Assembly: GCA_964519835.1 (NCBI GenBank)
Contig: CAZFLD010000002.1
Span: 73,730 to 137,729, forward strand
Reading direction: 5' to 3'
Length of the DNA: 64,000 bases
Source: an uncultured Spirochaetales bacterium
GTDB lineage: Bacteria > Spirochaetota > Spirochaetia > DSM-27196 > CAZFLD01
The translations under genes were made by a program, and so were the position numbers. This document shows, in pieces, positions 46,074 to 55,272 of the stretch; the first letter of the stretch is position 1, and the number at the start of each line of letters is the position of its first letter. The notes beneath the pieces are model-generated. The model saw only the letters and a list, made by a program, of their open reading frames with translations, was not told the origin of the DNA and did not search any database.

Positions 46074-49024
46074 TTTTCCGCTGATTGTATGGGTTCTTCG
46101 ACAATACGACCGGTCTCTTCGTCGAACCGAATACACACGCCCTTTTTCGGCTGACTGATCTCGTGCACCCGCCCGTGGCTTTCCACCACCACCCCGGGAT
46201 AGACCGTACCGGTCACCACAATCCGTGAGTCATTATGTTCTTCAAAGCGCTCGCGGAGGGTAAAGACACGTAGGCTCCGCTTTTCCATGATCTTGAGTAG
46301 TTTTCGTTTTTCCACGCGGAGCGCCTCGAGACCATCCTGTTCCTTCCGCATTTGAGTGTCGAGCTTGGCGATCTTGGCCTTGATCTTGGTGATCTCTCGC
46401 TCTTCCATCTCGATCCGATCTCCGATTAGATAGTCCTGGCCGAAGCAGATCTGCGTCTTGACACCACGGGAGGAGCCGAGGGAGCTTGCCTCGAGGCCAC
46501 CCCGGGTGCGAATCTTGCCGCCGACGACCCTACCGCCGTCGCCGATAAGCTTGACCTTGCCGTTGCACTTCACGTTGCACTGCATCAGAGCCGATTTGAG
46601 GAGAAGATCCTCCACCGACAGGATGGTTGCTTGTTCGGCGAAGGCCGCCTGCACGCCTTTTTTGGATCTGATCGCGGCCTTCCCCGCCCCGTGCACCCCA
46701 CCTTGCACGACCACGTTGTCCGCCGCCGACAAGAGGGCGGCGTCGACGTTGCCGGCTACCTTTATCTCCCCGTCGGACATCACGTAAAAGCCGGAGTTGA
46801 CCGATCCCGACACATGTACACTTCCCGCGAACTTGATGTTGCCGGTCTTCATTCCCACGTCGCCTTTGACAACGTGCGCACTTTGAATCTCGAGTTTGTT
46901 GTTTTCGAACACGAGCTCGCCGGATGCCTCGGCGATTACAACCTTCCGGCCGGCTTCCCGCTGCTCTACCCGAAGGTGGTCACCAAGGTCGACGGACTCC
47001 CCGGACGCGCTGGTTGCCGGTATCTTCTCGCCGGTCACATCCCACCCGTCCTCGGGATCGGTGATATCGCTTCGAAGCTCGGCGACTTCCATGCCGGCGC
47101 TTACGCTTGTGATTGTATCCCGGTTTTTGAAGTCGGCGGTGCCGTTTGCCCGGAGGGTCACGGGACTGCCCGAGGCGCGCTCGACTAAAAACTCGAACAC
47201 CGACTCCTCCGTGTTTCGGGGCGGTTGCCCTTCGGCGATGACGGCTCGGGAGACGGGGTGCTGCGTCCGAGCGCTCGAAAGCGCCTCGGCCACCACCGAT
47301 TCCTTGATGCCTTTCTTGACGCCGGCGCGTTCCATCTCCGACTGAATCAGCGCCTCGTCGAGAAGCACTCCGGTGCCTGCTCCTTCGATCAGGCTCAAGT
47401 ACGCCCGCATCTTGTCGGGCGAGACGTCTACAATGACCTGGGCGTCCTCGTGGGCTCGGACCCGAATAAGCACCGCATCGGACTCATCAACCCCGATCTC
47501 AAAAACCCCACCGGCAGTAGAGATGATCACATTCTGCTTTCGCTCGACATTCTCAAAAAGAAGGATGGCGGGCTCCTCCGCCACCTCGCCGGGAACGGTG
47601 TTCCCATGGACGTCGACGCCCGGGTCGCCGGGTACCGCCGGCGGAATCGTGATAAGACGCTGCTCACGCTCCACAAGCGCCGTCTTAGAAACAGACTCGA
47701 CGGGAAAGACATCGAGGGACGAGATATCGCCGAGTCGCTCGGGATGATTGACGGCGCGGTCCTTGATCACGTCGGTATCTTTGTCGCTCAAAAAACGCAC
47801 CGAGTACTCTACGTCTCGCCCGGGGCCGCGTTTGGCAGGCTTGCCTTCGATAAGGAGGTAGTCCTCGAGCAGGTAGTCCGAGCCACGGTAGAACTCGGTG
47901 AGGTCGGTGCGGATTCTGTCGTAGTCTAGGCCGCGGAGATTTGCCGCCTTGATGGCGGATCCCACCTCCTTGAGCACCAGCGCCTTTCCATGACCACGAC
48001 CCTTTCGGGCCGTTAGTGTTGCCTTCATCTTGTCGTGGTCGATGTCGACCGAGAAGTAGCCGTCGTCGCTGTTGGTCAACGGTATTCGCTGATCCGGTTC
48101 GCCGCGATCAAAACCGTGTTGGATCGCCGTGCCCACCTCGCGCTCGCTCAGGAGTTGGTCCTGCGGACACCCTACGGCTTTGGCTCGCTCGAGCACATCA
48201 CCGCCGGTGGGAGCAGGCGCCCGGCTGTCGCCGGGAGTCAAAAGCAGGAAACAGGTGGCCATGTCCTCGGACATTTCAACGTCCCACCGGTGAGTGGCGA
48301 ACGGAACAAGGTCCACCCAGTTTTTGCCAATGCGAACGATCCCGGTTGTTTCGGCTACGAGCTCGAATTTCTGACGAGCAACCCCCTTCCCGATATAGAA
48401 ATAGGGGTCGGAAAGCATCTTTGGGGCAACCGGCTCACCAAAGATGCTGCGCCCAGCCGTTCCGGGCGCGGACATCTCGATCGTCCCGATTTTTCCGCCA
48501 CGCTCCGCATATCCGTATTGCTCGACGGTCGGATCGACGTATACGCGCTCTTGGGAGACGCGCTTTTCGATGACTTCGACCACTTCTTCCTTTTTGCCCC
48601 CAAAGGGTAGCACCGACTTTTTTGGGACCGTCTTTTTGCTTTTGACCTTTTCGACTTTCTCAACGACAATCTCAGGCCCTGCAAATGCTTTCGCAATATC
48701 TGTAACGCGGTCCTGGAGCTCTTTTGGAAGAGCAAGATTGGCCCAGGATGCCTGTTCGGGGATCGGATCCTCAGGAACCGTTCCTTTGGCAGCGAGAAAC
48801 CGCGCTTCCTTTTGGCCTTTGTCGGCGATGTTTTTGAGATTTCGTGTGATTTCTTCCTTGGAGACGCCTTCTTTGACGCCTTTTTCCCGCAGAAGGGCAA
48901 GAATCCGATCCGCACCCCACTCTTCGCCGTCGGTCGTCCGACGATAAGCAAGCCGGCAAGTGAGTCCTTGTTCGTCTATTTCAAGCTGTACTTGACCGCT
49001 AAGGGTCGCATCTGATTTTGCCAT
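46070..49024 (-). CDS. DUF342/FapA-like protein, unusually large (984-988 aa) with repeated N-terminal modules
   Basis: C-terminal Gly/Val-rich beta-helix repeats (GNIKFAGSVHVSGSVNSGFYV..., GGRVVGGKIRTRGGLEASSLGS..GVKTQICFG) followed by a coiled coil. VDVSPDKMRAYLSL-type modules recur upstream. ATG 49024 preferred over TTG 49036. Confidence 0.75.
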   Translation of the reverse strand: MAKSDATLSGQVQLEIDEQGLTCRLAYRRTTDGEEWGADRILALLREKGVKEGVSKEEITRNLKNIADKGQKEARFLAAKGTVPEDPIPEQASWANLALPKELQDRVTDIAKAFAGPEIVVEKVEKVKSKKTVPKKSVLPFGGKKEEVVEVIEKRVSQERVYVDPTVEQYGYAERGGKIGTIEMSAPGTAGRSIFGEPVAPKMLSDPYFYIGKGVARQKFELVAETTGIVRIGKNWVDLVPFATHRWDVEMSEDMATCFLLLTPGDSRAPAPTGGDVLERAKAVGCPQDQLLSEREVGTAIQHGFDRGEPDQRIPLTNSDDGYFSVDIDHDKMKATLTARKGRGHGKALVLKEVGSAIKAANLRGLDYDRIRTDLTEFYRGSDYLLEDYLLIEGKPAKRGPGRDVEYSVRFLSDKDTDVIKDRAVNHPERLGDISSLDVFPVESVSKTALVEREQRLITIPPAVPGDPGVDVHGNTVPGEVAEEPAILLFENVERKQNVIISTAGGVFEIGVDESDAVLIRVRAHEDAQVIVDVSPDKMRAYLSLIEGAGTGVLLDEALIQSEMERAGVKKGIKESVVAEALSSARTQHPVSRAVIAEGQPPRNTEESVFEFLVERASGSPVTLRANGTADFKNRDTITSVSAGMEVAELRSDITDPEDGWDVTGEKIPATSASGESVDLGDHLRVEQREAGRKVVIAEASGELVFENNKLEIQSAHVVKGDVGMKTGNIKFAGSVHVSGSVNSGFYVMSDGEIKVAGNVDAALLSAADNVVVQGGVHGAGKAAIRSKKGVQAAFAEQATILSVEDLLLKSALMQCNVKCNGKVKLIGDGGRVVGGKIRTRGGLEASSLGSSRGVKTQICFGQDYLIGDRIEMEEREITKIKAKIAKLDTQMRKEQDGLEALRVEKRKLLKIMEKRSLRVFTLRERFEEHNDSRIVVTGTVYPGVVVESHGRVHEISQPKKGVCIRFDEETGRIVEEPIQSAEK

Positions 49025-49070
49025 CGTGTAACGCAACTATTGCGGCCCCGGTCACCGGCGCACGTCTTTC

Positions 49071-50213
49071 CTATGGAGTATATCCCTGCGAGGCGGCCTT
49101 GAGCAGCTTTGATTTGAGCAACATGTTCTCTTTCCGGATGGTCGATATCTCGACTTGCTGCATCTTAACCGTCTCGATAAGGTCCGCCGTGGTAAGAGCC
49201 CCCGAGTGAAGCAACTCCGACACGTGGTCCAGTTTGGACTCATAGTCGATCTCAGCCTCCATGCCCGCCGCCTCGTAGCTCTCCTCCACCGACAAGACTT
49301 CCGCCACTTCATCGCCGTCGTCGCCTAGTTGGATGATTTTATCCGCGATGCGGAACACCGCTTGGGCGAGGACCGACTCGGGTTTGTAAATCACAATCGG
49401 CAGCTGCGATGAAAGCGCAATGTCTTGGAAATCGTCTCGGTACACCACACCAAGGTGCTCGAGCTCCAGATCGAGGTATTGGTCGCATGATCGTCGAAGG
49501 CGGTTGGCCTTGTCGGCATCTTTGGGGTCCTCGAGCATGTTTAATACCAGCCTTGGACGAAACCGACCCATGCCGGCGGCAATGGACTGGTAAGCGGCGG
49601 GGTCCGCTCGCCTGATGCCGGCAAGCAATTCCGGAATGTAGACGCGCTGGAATGAGGTCCCCGTCTTCCGGACCTGCTCGAGGTACCCGAGGGCGGGGGA
49701 CTTTTTACCGACACTACGATTGATAATTCGAAAAACGGCGTTTTTGAGGAACAGATAGGCGTTTACCGTGGCCGTAGGAGTTGGTGTTGTAACAACAATC
49801 CCGCGACCGGACATCAAAAAAAAGTCGAGAATGTTGAAGTTGGTGCCGGCTCCAAGGTCAAGGACCAGGTAGTCCGCATCGAGTTTTGAGAGCCGGCGGA
49901 CAAGCATGTTTTTTTGAGCTGAAGCAAGGTTCGCGATTCCCGGGATTTCCGCGTCCCCCGCAACAAACGTAAGACCATTGTACTCGGTGTGAATGAGGAT
50001 GTCCTCGAAAGCCGTGGAGGGATTATTTAGGAGAAGCCCAATACCCTGCCCCGCGCCGCGAACACCAAGAACGAGGTGCAGGTTACTCCCGCCGAGGTCG
50101 AGGTCGGCGAGCACTACACGTTTGCCGGCCTGCGCAAGGGCTATTGCGAGATTTGCCGATAGGAGCGTCTTCCCAACGCCGCCCTTTCCACTGGCGACCG
50201 GCAGTATCCTCAT
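49071..50213 (-). CDS. MinD/ParA-family P-loop ATPase with C-terminal extension
   Basis: Deviant Walker A VASGKGGVGKT and Walker B-like YLVLDLGAG. 380 aa. The ATG overlaps the upstream stop (ATGA). Confidence 0.85.
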   Translation of the reverse strand: MRILPVASGKGGVGKTLLSANLAIALAQAGKRVVLADLDLGGSNLHLVLGVRGAGQGIGLLLNNPSTAFEDILIHTEYNGLTFVAGDAEIPGIANLASAQKNMLVRRLSKLDADYLVLDLGAGTNFNILDFFLMSGRGIVVTTPTPTATVNAYLFLKNAVFRIINRSVGKKSPALGYLEQVRKTGTSFQRVYIPELLAGIRRADPAAYQSIAAGMGRFRPRLVLNMLEDPKDADKANRLRRSCDQYLDLELEHLGVVYRDDFQDIALSSQLPIVIYKPESVLAQAVFRIADKIIQLGDDGDEVAEVLSVEESYEAAGMEAEIDYESKLDHVSELLHSGALTTADLIETVKMQQVEISTIRKENMLLKSKLLKAASQGYTP

Positions 50214-50890
50214 TGCTCGTCCTCGTACTCTTCGTCGATTTGTGTCTCTCGAAAGTCCGGCAGTTCGTCGTCACGCACAGGCCCGATCCGCTCCGTCTCG
50301 TGACCGTGGCCGCCGGCCGAGTGGCCGTCATCACGTCGGGGCGCGGCCGCTTGTCCGTGGCCGCCGTCCTTGCTCCCGTCGCCCTGCCCGGTTGCGGCGC
50401 CCCGGCGACGGGCCGCATCGTCTCCACCGACTTTTTTGTCGCCGTGGGCGCGCCCGTCGCCCCTAGCGGTAGCGGTCCGATTGGCCCGAGAGAATAGTAT
50501 CAGGAAGGCGATGCTTAATAAATCGAGATTGACGACGACCAACGGCAACACGACCGCATATGGGTCCACCGAAAAATCGAGACTCGGCACGCCCGGCTCG
50601 ACCAGCGCGGCGGAAGCCAAAACCGCCACCCCCACTACCAGCGTCAATGCTTTTGCAAGAGCGAGGATTGGGAGGACGGCACGAAACCTGGCGTAGTCGT
50701 AGACCGCGGCCGCTATGCCCGCGGCAACCGCGAGTTGCCCCGCCCCAAACCAGAGCAGGGAGAGCTGAGCACGAATCAGAGCTTGCGCATCAAAATAGCG
50801 AATGAGCGCCACGTAGATTCCGCCGAGGCGTAAAAGCTCCCAAAGAAAGGCAAGAGACAGCGCGAGGCGCCGCCCGGAGGTTCGTGGCAT
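50210..50890 (-). CDS. Polytopic membrane protein with Gly/His/Asp-rich disordered C-terminal tail
   Basis: About 5 hydrophobic segments, then an 85-aa low-complexity tail ending in EEYEDEQ. No family recognised. Start is ATG 50890 or TTG 50929. Confidence 0.6.
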   Translation of the reverse strand: MPRTSGRRLALSLAFLWELLRLGGIYVALIRYFDAQALIRAQLSLLWFGAGQLAVAAGIAAAVYDYARFRAVLPILALAKALTLVVGVAVLASAALVEPGVPSLDFSVDPYAVVLPLVVVNLDLLSIAFLILFSRANRTATARGDGRAHGDKKVGGDDAARRRGAATGQGDGSKDGGHGQAAAPRRDDGHSAGGHGHETERIGPVRDDELPDFRETQIDEEYEDEQ

Positions 50891-51008
50891 AGCGTGAGGA
50901 AGTGTACGAGCCGCAGTTGCCGCCGTCAACTCGCGGTCCCGTGCCGAAGCGCGGAGTCCGGCTTTTCCTGTGCTATGATTGTGGGTAGCTTATGGCGAAG
51001 GCAAACAT

Positions 51009-52439
51009 ATGAACAGGGTAAAAAAGTCAGCAACACGGTTTCACATTTTTTGGCTGGGTCTCGGATCGGTACTCTTGGCAGTGCTTCTGATTCTCTTGGT
51101 CTCGCCTCAGGTCTTTGCTCAGACCAGTACCACAGAGGAAGAGAGACGGGCACTTCAGACCTTTGAACAGGTATTTGATTTTGTCAGAAACAACTACGTC
51201 GAAGAGGTAGACCCGGAAGTGCTCCTCGAAGGGGCGCTCCGCGGGCTGTTCGAGAGCTTGGGCGATCCCCATTCGGCGTATCTCGATTCCGACGATATGC
51301 GGAGTCTCACCGACACGACGTCCGGGGAATTCGGCGGCGTCGGCATGTATATCTCCAAACAACAACGGGATGAAATCACCGGCGAGGTCCGCGAGCGCGA
51401 TTTTGTGGAGATTGTGTCCCCCATCGAAGACACTCCTGCCTATAGGGCCGGCATCCTGGCCGGCGACCTCATCGTAAGCATCGAAGAGGAGTCTACCGTC
51501 GAGCTGAGCATTGACGACGTGGTAGACCGGCTTCGCGGAGAACCCGGGACCGAAGTCAGCATCATGGTTCGCCGCGGCGAGAACCTCGAGTTTCCCGTGA
51601 CCTTGGTGCGGGATACCATCGAAGTGCCCACGGTAAAGATGGACATGATTCGTGGCGACATCGGCTTTCTCCGGATCATTCAGTTTACGGCGCGCACAGC
51701 CGACAGGGTTCGCGACGCGCTGGAGTACTTCGAACAGAACAACTACTCCTCCATGATTATCGATCTGCGCAGCAACCCCGGAGGGCTACTCCGGTCGGTC
51801 GTCGACGTTGCCGATCTGTTTTTCTCAGACGGTCTAATCGTTGGTACGCGTGGTCGCGTTGCCTCCGAGAACGATCGTTACATTGCAGACAGGAATCGCG
51901 AGGTTCCCACGGACATTCCCATCGTGGTGCTTATCAACCCGGGCTCGGCATCCGCGTCTGAGATCCTTGCAGGTGCCATGAAAGACCGAGACCGGGCGCT
52001 CCTGTTGGGCGAGACAACATACGGCAAAGGCTCGGTACAGCAAATCCGCGTTCTGGGCGACAGTGGATTCCGGTTGACGATGTCCCGGTACTACACTCCC
52101 TCCGGTGACTACATCGACGAGGTGGGGGTAGCCCCCGACATTGAGTTTAGCGAACCGGGGCTCACGCCCGAAGAGGAAGAGTCTTATGCCCGTATTCGCA
52201 ACGAAGGCCTCATCAAGGACTTTTTCGACAATGTGGCAAACCCCTCGGAGGGACAGATTACCGAGTTCGTGGAGGACCTGAGGGACGACGGCGTTGTTCT
52301 GAACTCGCGGACCATTCGCCGGATGATCAGGCAAGAGGTCGAACGGCGGAACAATGAGCCGTCGGTCTACGACTTGGATTACGATGTGATCCTGCAAGAG
52401 GCGGTGCGATTGATCGAAGAGGGAGAGGTGCGACCGTAA
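51009..52439 (+). CDS. C-terminal processing peptidase (S41 family)
   Basis: Signal/anchor sequence, a PDZ region, and motifs DLRSNPGGLL, GSASASEILAGAMKD, GETTYGKGSVQ. Confidence 0.85.
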   Translation: MNRVKKSATRFHIFWLGLGSVLLAVLLILLVSPQVFAQTSTTEEERRALQTFEQVFDFVRNNYVEEVDPEVLLEGALRGLFESLGDPHSAYLDSDDMRSLTDTTSGEFGGVGMYISKQQRDEITGEVRERDFVEIVSPIEDTPAYRAGILAGDLIVSIEEESTVELSIDDVVDRLRGEPGTEVSIMVRRGENLEFPVTLVRDTIEVPTVKMDMIRGDIGFLRIIQFTARTADRVRDALEYFEQNNYSSMIIDLRSNPGGLLRSVVDVADLFFSDGLIVGTRGRVASENDRYIADRNREVPTDIPIVVLINPGSASASEILAGAMKDRDRALLLGETTYGKGSVQQIRVLGDSGFRLTMSRYYTPSGDYIDEVGVAPDIEFSEPGLTPEEEESYARIRNEGLIKDFFDNVANPSEGQITEFVEDLRDDGVVLNSRTIRRMIRQEVERRNNEPSVYDLDYDVILQEAVRLIEEGEVRP

Positions 52440-52455
52440 AGGTCCACGACCAGGG

Positions 52456-53211
52456 TTGAAGCAACTAGTTGTCGACCTGCCCGCCGCCACGGGAGAGAAG
52501 CTACGAATCGCCGGCAGGCAGTTCCACCACTTGCGTCACGTGCGGCGTATGGCCGTTGGAGACTCCCTTCGAGTTGTCGATGCACGGGGAGCAACCTACG
52601 ACGCCGGTATCGTCGAGGTGGCGTCGGACTTTCTTACGCTTCAGATCGGCAAACAACGACAAAGCGCACCCGTCGGAGTACGGGTGGCGCTCTACGCCGC
52701 CGCCCTAAAAGGCGGCAATCTCGATTCGGTTGTTCGCCAATCGGTTGAGGTTGGCGCCGCGGAAATCGTACCGGTGATTACCGAGCGCACCGTGATTCCG
52801 GCCGCAGCCGTGCGCTCGCGGCTTGGGCGGTGGAGGCGAATTGCGGCGGAAGCCGCCGAGCAGAGCGGCTCAGCTCCGGTAGTCGTTCGTGAACCCCTCG
52901 GCCTGCAAGACATTCCGAAGGATTTTTCGGCGCAGGAGGGCGAGCTCGGGCTTGTCTTTCATGAGGATAAAGAGCTTGCGCAGGGCTCGATCCACGGCTA
53001 TCTTGATCCAACCCCGAGGGGAGTGCGTGTGGTCGTCGGCCCGGAGGGCGGGTTGAGCCCGGAGGAGACCCGATTCCTTGTCGAGGCGGGGTTTGTGGCC
53101 GTACGACTGCCGCTAAACACGCTCAGAGCTGAAACGGCGGCGATTGTGGCGTTGGCGACGGTGCTGACAATAGCGGGCGAGTGGAACAAATGGAAAAAAA
53201 TCGAGTCATAG
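52456..53211 (+). CDS. rsmE: 16S rRNA (uracil1498-N3)-methyltransferase
   Basis: RsmE pattern: FHHLRHVRRMAVGD in the N-terminal PUA-like part and GPEGGLSPEE in the SPOUT part. TTG start. Confidence 0.85.
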   Translation: MKQLVVDLPAATGEKLRIAGRQFHHLRHVRRMAVGDSLRVVDARGATYDAGIVEVASDFLTLQIGKQRQSAPVGVRVALYAAALKGGNLDSVVRQSVEVGAAEIVPVITERTVIPAAAVRSRLGRWRRIAAEAAEQSGSAPVVVREPLGLQDIPKDFSAQEGELGLVFHEDKELAQGSIHGYLDPTPRGVRVVVGPEGGLSPEETRFLVEAGFVAVRLPLNTLRAETAAIVALATVLTIAGEWNKWKKIES

Positions 53212-53951
53212 ATCGGCAACTGGTGTTGGACGTCCCGGTCGACAGCTTCTCACTCGAGGATTTGCCCTCGATCTACGCCTCAAAACTGGCCACTGCGCAA
53301 GAGCAGGGGCAGCCGGGTCAGGTCGTGTTTCTGCGACTATGGGATCTTATGCGCGCGCGTCGATCCAAGGAGTTTCGCACAATCGTAAACCGAGCCGCAT
53401 TGGTGCCGCCGGTCTCGATCGGCATTTCACGTGGGGCGCGATTCCTCAAGCGGCGACCCGTCTTCCGCCAGCCCCCTTTTGACGTGCTTATCCGGCTCTT
53501 AGCCGCGGTCGAGCAGCAAAACGGGAGCCTGTATCTCCTCGGCGGAAAAAAATCGGGCCTCCATGCCGCGGAGCTCGCCCTCCGCCAGACCTTTCCCGGA
53601 GTCCGCATCGTGGGTCGTTATACCGGATACTTCGCGCCTGAGCTCGAAGAAGACATCGTAACCGCAATCAAAAAAGCCAACCCCTCGGTGCTTTTTGTGG
53701 GAAGTGGGGTGAATGGCGGAATCAAGTGGGTTGCCCGTCATCGGTCGGTGCTACCACCCTGTTTGGCCGTCTACACACCCGACGGTTTTGCTATTTTTGC
53801 AGGCAAACGACGGCGCCCATCCAAAGAATCATTCGCTCGCGGAACAGACTATTTCCCGGACTTCAGACGGCGCCCGTGGCGACTCCTCAGACTCCCGGTC
53901 TATTTCTGGTACCTGGTTCTGCTTTTAATCCACCGAATCCGCAAGAGATAG
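53190..53951 (+). CDS. WecB/TagA/CpsF (GT26)-like glycosyltransferase, divergent
   Basis: Family-like core (GSLYLLGGKKSGLHAAELALRQTFPGVRIVGRYTGYF ... ANPSVLFVGSG), but the usual DG and PxQE motifs are not obvious. Overlaps the rsmE end. Confidence 0.6.
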   Translation: MEKNRVIDRQLVLDVPVDSFSLEDLPSIYASKLATAQEQGQPGQVVFLRLWDLMRARRSKEFRTIVNRAALVPPVSIGISRGARFLKRRPVFRQPPFDVLIRLLAAVEQQNGSLYLLGGKKSGLHAAELALRQTFPGVRIVGRYTGYFAPELEEDIVTAIKKANPSVLFVGSGVNGGIKWVARHRSVLPPCLAVYTPDGFAIFAGKRRRPSKESFARGTDYFPDFRRRPWRLLRLPVYFWYLVLLLIHRIRKR

Positions 53952-53952
53952 C

Positions 53953-55203
53953 TTACTCGCGGACCAACACGCCCAATACCGAATCGATGCGCGTCAGAGC
54001 CGCGCGAATCCCCTCGATCTCCCGCTTGGACGCCGACGCAGCCGGACCGATCTCATCGAGTTGATCGGAGACCGCGGAGAGCGCCCGGGCGGCACTCAGG
54101 TCGTCGTTCATGGCGTCCTCAAACGCCGCGAGGATTTTGATCCCCGAGGTTCCGTCTGCAGCGGACACCGGAGGCGCCTCGTGCGGAGAGTCAACGCCAA
54201 GGGATAAAAGATCCCCAACCAACGCCGCGGCCTTGGTGCGCACGTTTTCGAGAGCGCGAACGGTACTGTGAAATCGCTTTTCCGTGTAGTTGAGCTTCGT
54301 TCGGTAGTGGGTTGAAAACAGGAAGTGGCGCAGGTGACGGGGCTTGATATCGCCAACCAAAACATCTTCCGGATACAGGATGTTGCCGCGGCTTTTCGAC
54401 ATCGACCTCCCGTCAACAACAAGATGCTCACCATGGAGGTAGAAGTTGGCGTACGTCTCTCCGGAGTATGCCTCCATAATGGCGATATTGTAGTCGTGAT
54501 GACGGTAGATGTTGTCGATGCCGCCACAATTGATGTCCACGGTAGGACCGAGGTGCTTGAGTATCATAGCGGGGTCCTGGATGTTCCAGGAAGGCCGACC
54601 CTTGCCTAAAGATGTCGAGAAATTACCCTCGACCTTCTCCAGGATGCCGTATTCTTTTCCGTGCCACAGCACAAAATCGCCCAGGTTCCAGCGCCGTCCG
54701 TTGTACGTGTCCTTTTGAAACCGGACCGTCTTTTTTGGCCACCGCGACATATCAAGGCGAAAGAGCTTCCCAAAGTCTTTTTTCTTGAGGGGAGCGAAGA
54801 ATATATCTTCGCCGTGCCGGTAGGCATAGCCGTCGGCCATGAGCTGTTCGATGATACGGACAGCGGCATCTACACTTGTTGTGGCACGAGGCACGTCTTT
54901 GGGAATCTCGATGCCGAGCAACCGTGTTTCTGCGAAAAAGTGATCGGCAACTTCGCCCGTGACCTCCCGGATTGTGCGTCCTTGATCAAGGGCCTCGGAT
55001 ATTGTCTTATCCTCGACGTCCGTAAAATTGATGACGCGCCGGACGTCAAACCCGAGGTACTCTAAATACCGCACGAGGAGGTCCTCGTACATAAAGGTCC
55101 GGTAGTTTCCGATATGGGGCCGTCTATAGGTGGAGGGCCCACATGTGAATATCTTGACCAACGGAGGCGTTCGCGGCACGAACACTTCCTTGCCCCGACT
55201 CAT
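53953..55203 (-). CDS. Cysteinyl-tRNA synthetase-like class I aaRS protein (non-canonical, 416 aa)
   Basis: TCGPSTYRRPHIGN (HIGH-like), GRPSWNIQDPAM, CGGIDNIYRHHDYNIA, SMSKSRGN (KMSKS), and a DALR-2-like FEDAMNDDL. It ends without the C-terminal anticodon-binding domain. Confidence 0.75.
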   Translation of the reverse strand: MSRGKEVFVPRTPPLVKIFTCGPSTYRRPHIGNYRTFMYEDLLVRYLEYLGFDVRRVINFTDVEDKTISEALDQGRTIREVTGEVADHFFAETRLLGIEIPKDVPRATTSVDAAVRIIEQLMADGYAYRHGEDIFFAPLKKKDFGKLFRLDMSRWPKKTVRFQKDTYNGRRWNLGDFVLWHGKEYGILEKVEGNFSTSLGKGRPSWNIQDPAMILKHLGPTVDINCGGIDNIYRHHDYNIAIMEAYSGETYANFYLHGEHLVVDGRSMSKSRGNILYPEDVLVGDIKPRHLRHFLFSTHYRTKLNYTEKRFHSTVRALENVRTKAAALVGDLLSLGVDSPHEAPPVSAADGTSGIKILAAFEDAMNDDLSAARALSAVSDQLDEIGPAASASKREIEGIRAALTRIDSVLGVLVRE

Positions 55204-55243
55204 GGTGTTGTAGAGATGTAGAATGATTGTCCGTCCTCACGTG

Positions 55244-55272
55244 ATAATACAGATTCGACGTTGGACCGTCAA
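55244..55272 (-). promoter_or_regulatory. Candidate sigma70-type promoter for the CysRS-like gene
   Basis: TTGACG (55272-55267), 17 nt, TATTAT (55249-55244) on the minus strand, with a leader of about 40 nt. The -35 element overlaps the upstream gene stop. Confidence 0.45.

Noticed and set aside
55204-55268. A T-box or other riboswitch leader upstream of the CysRS-like gene.
   Set aside because: The predicted leader is only about 40 nt from the -10 element to the ATG. That is too short for a T-box, and no specifier or antiterminator structure is evident.
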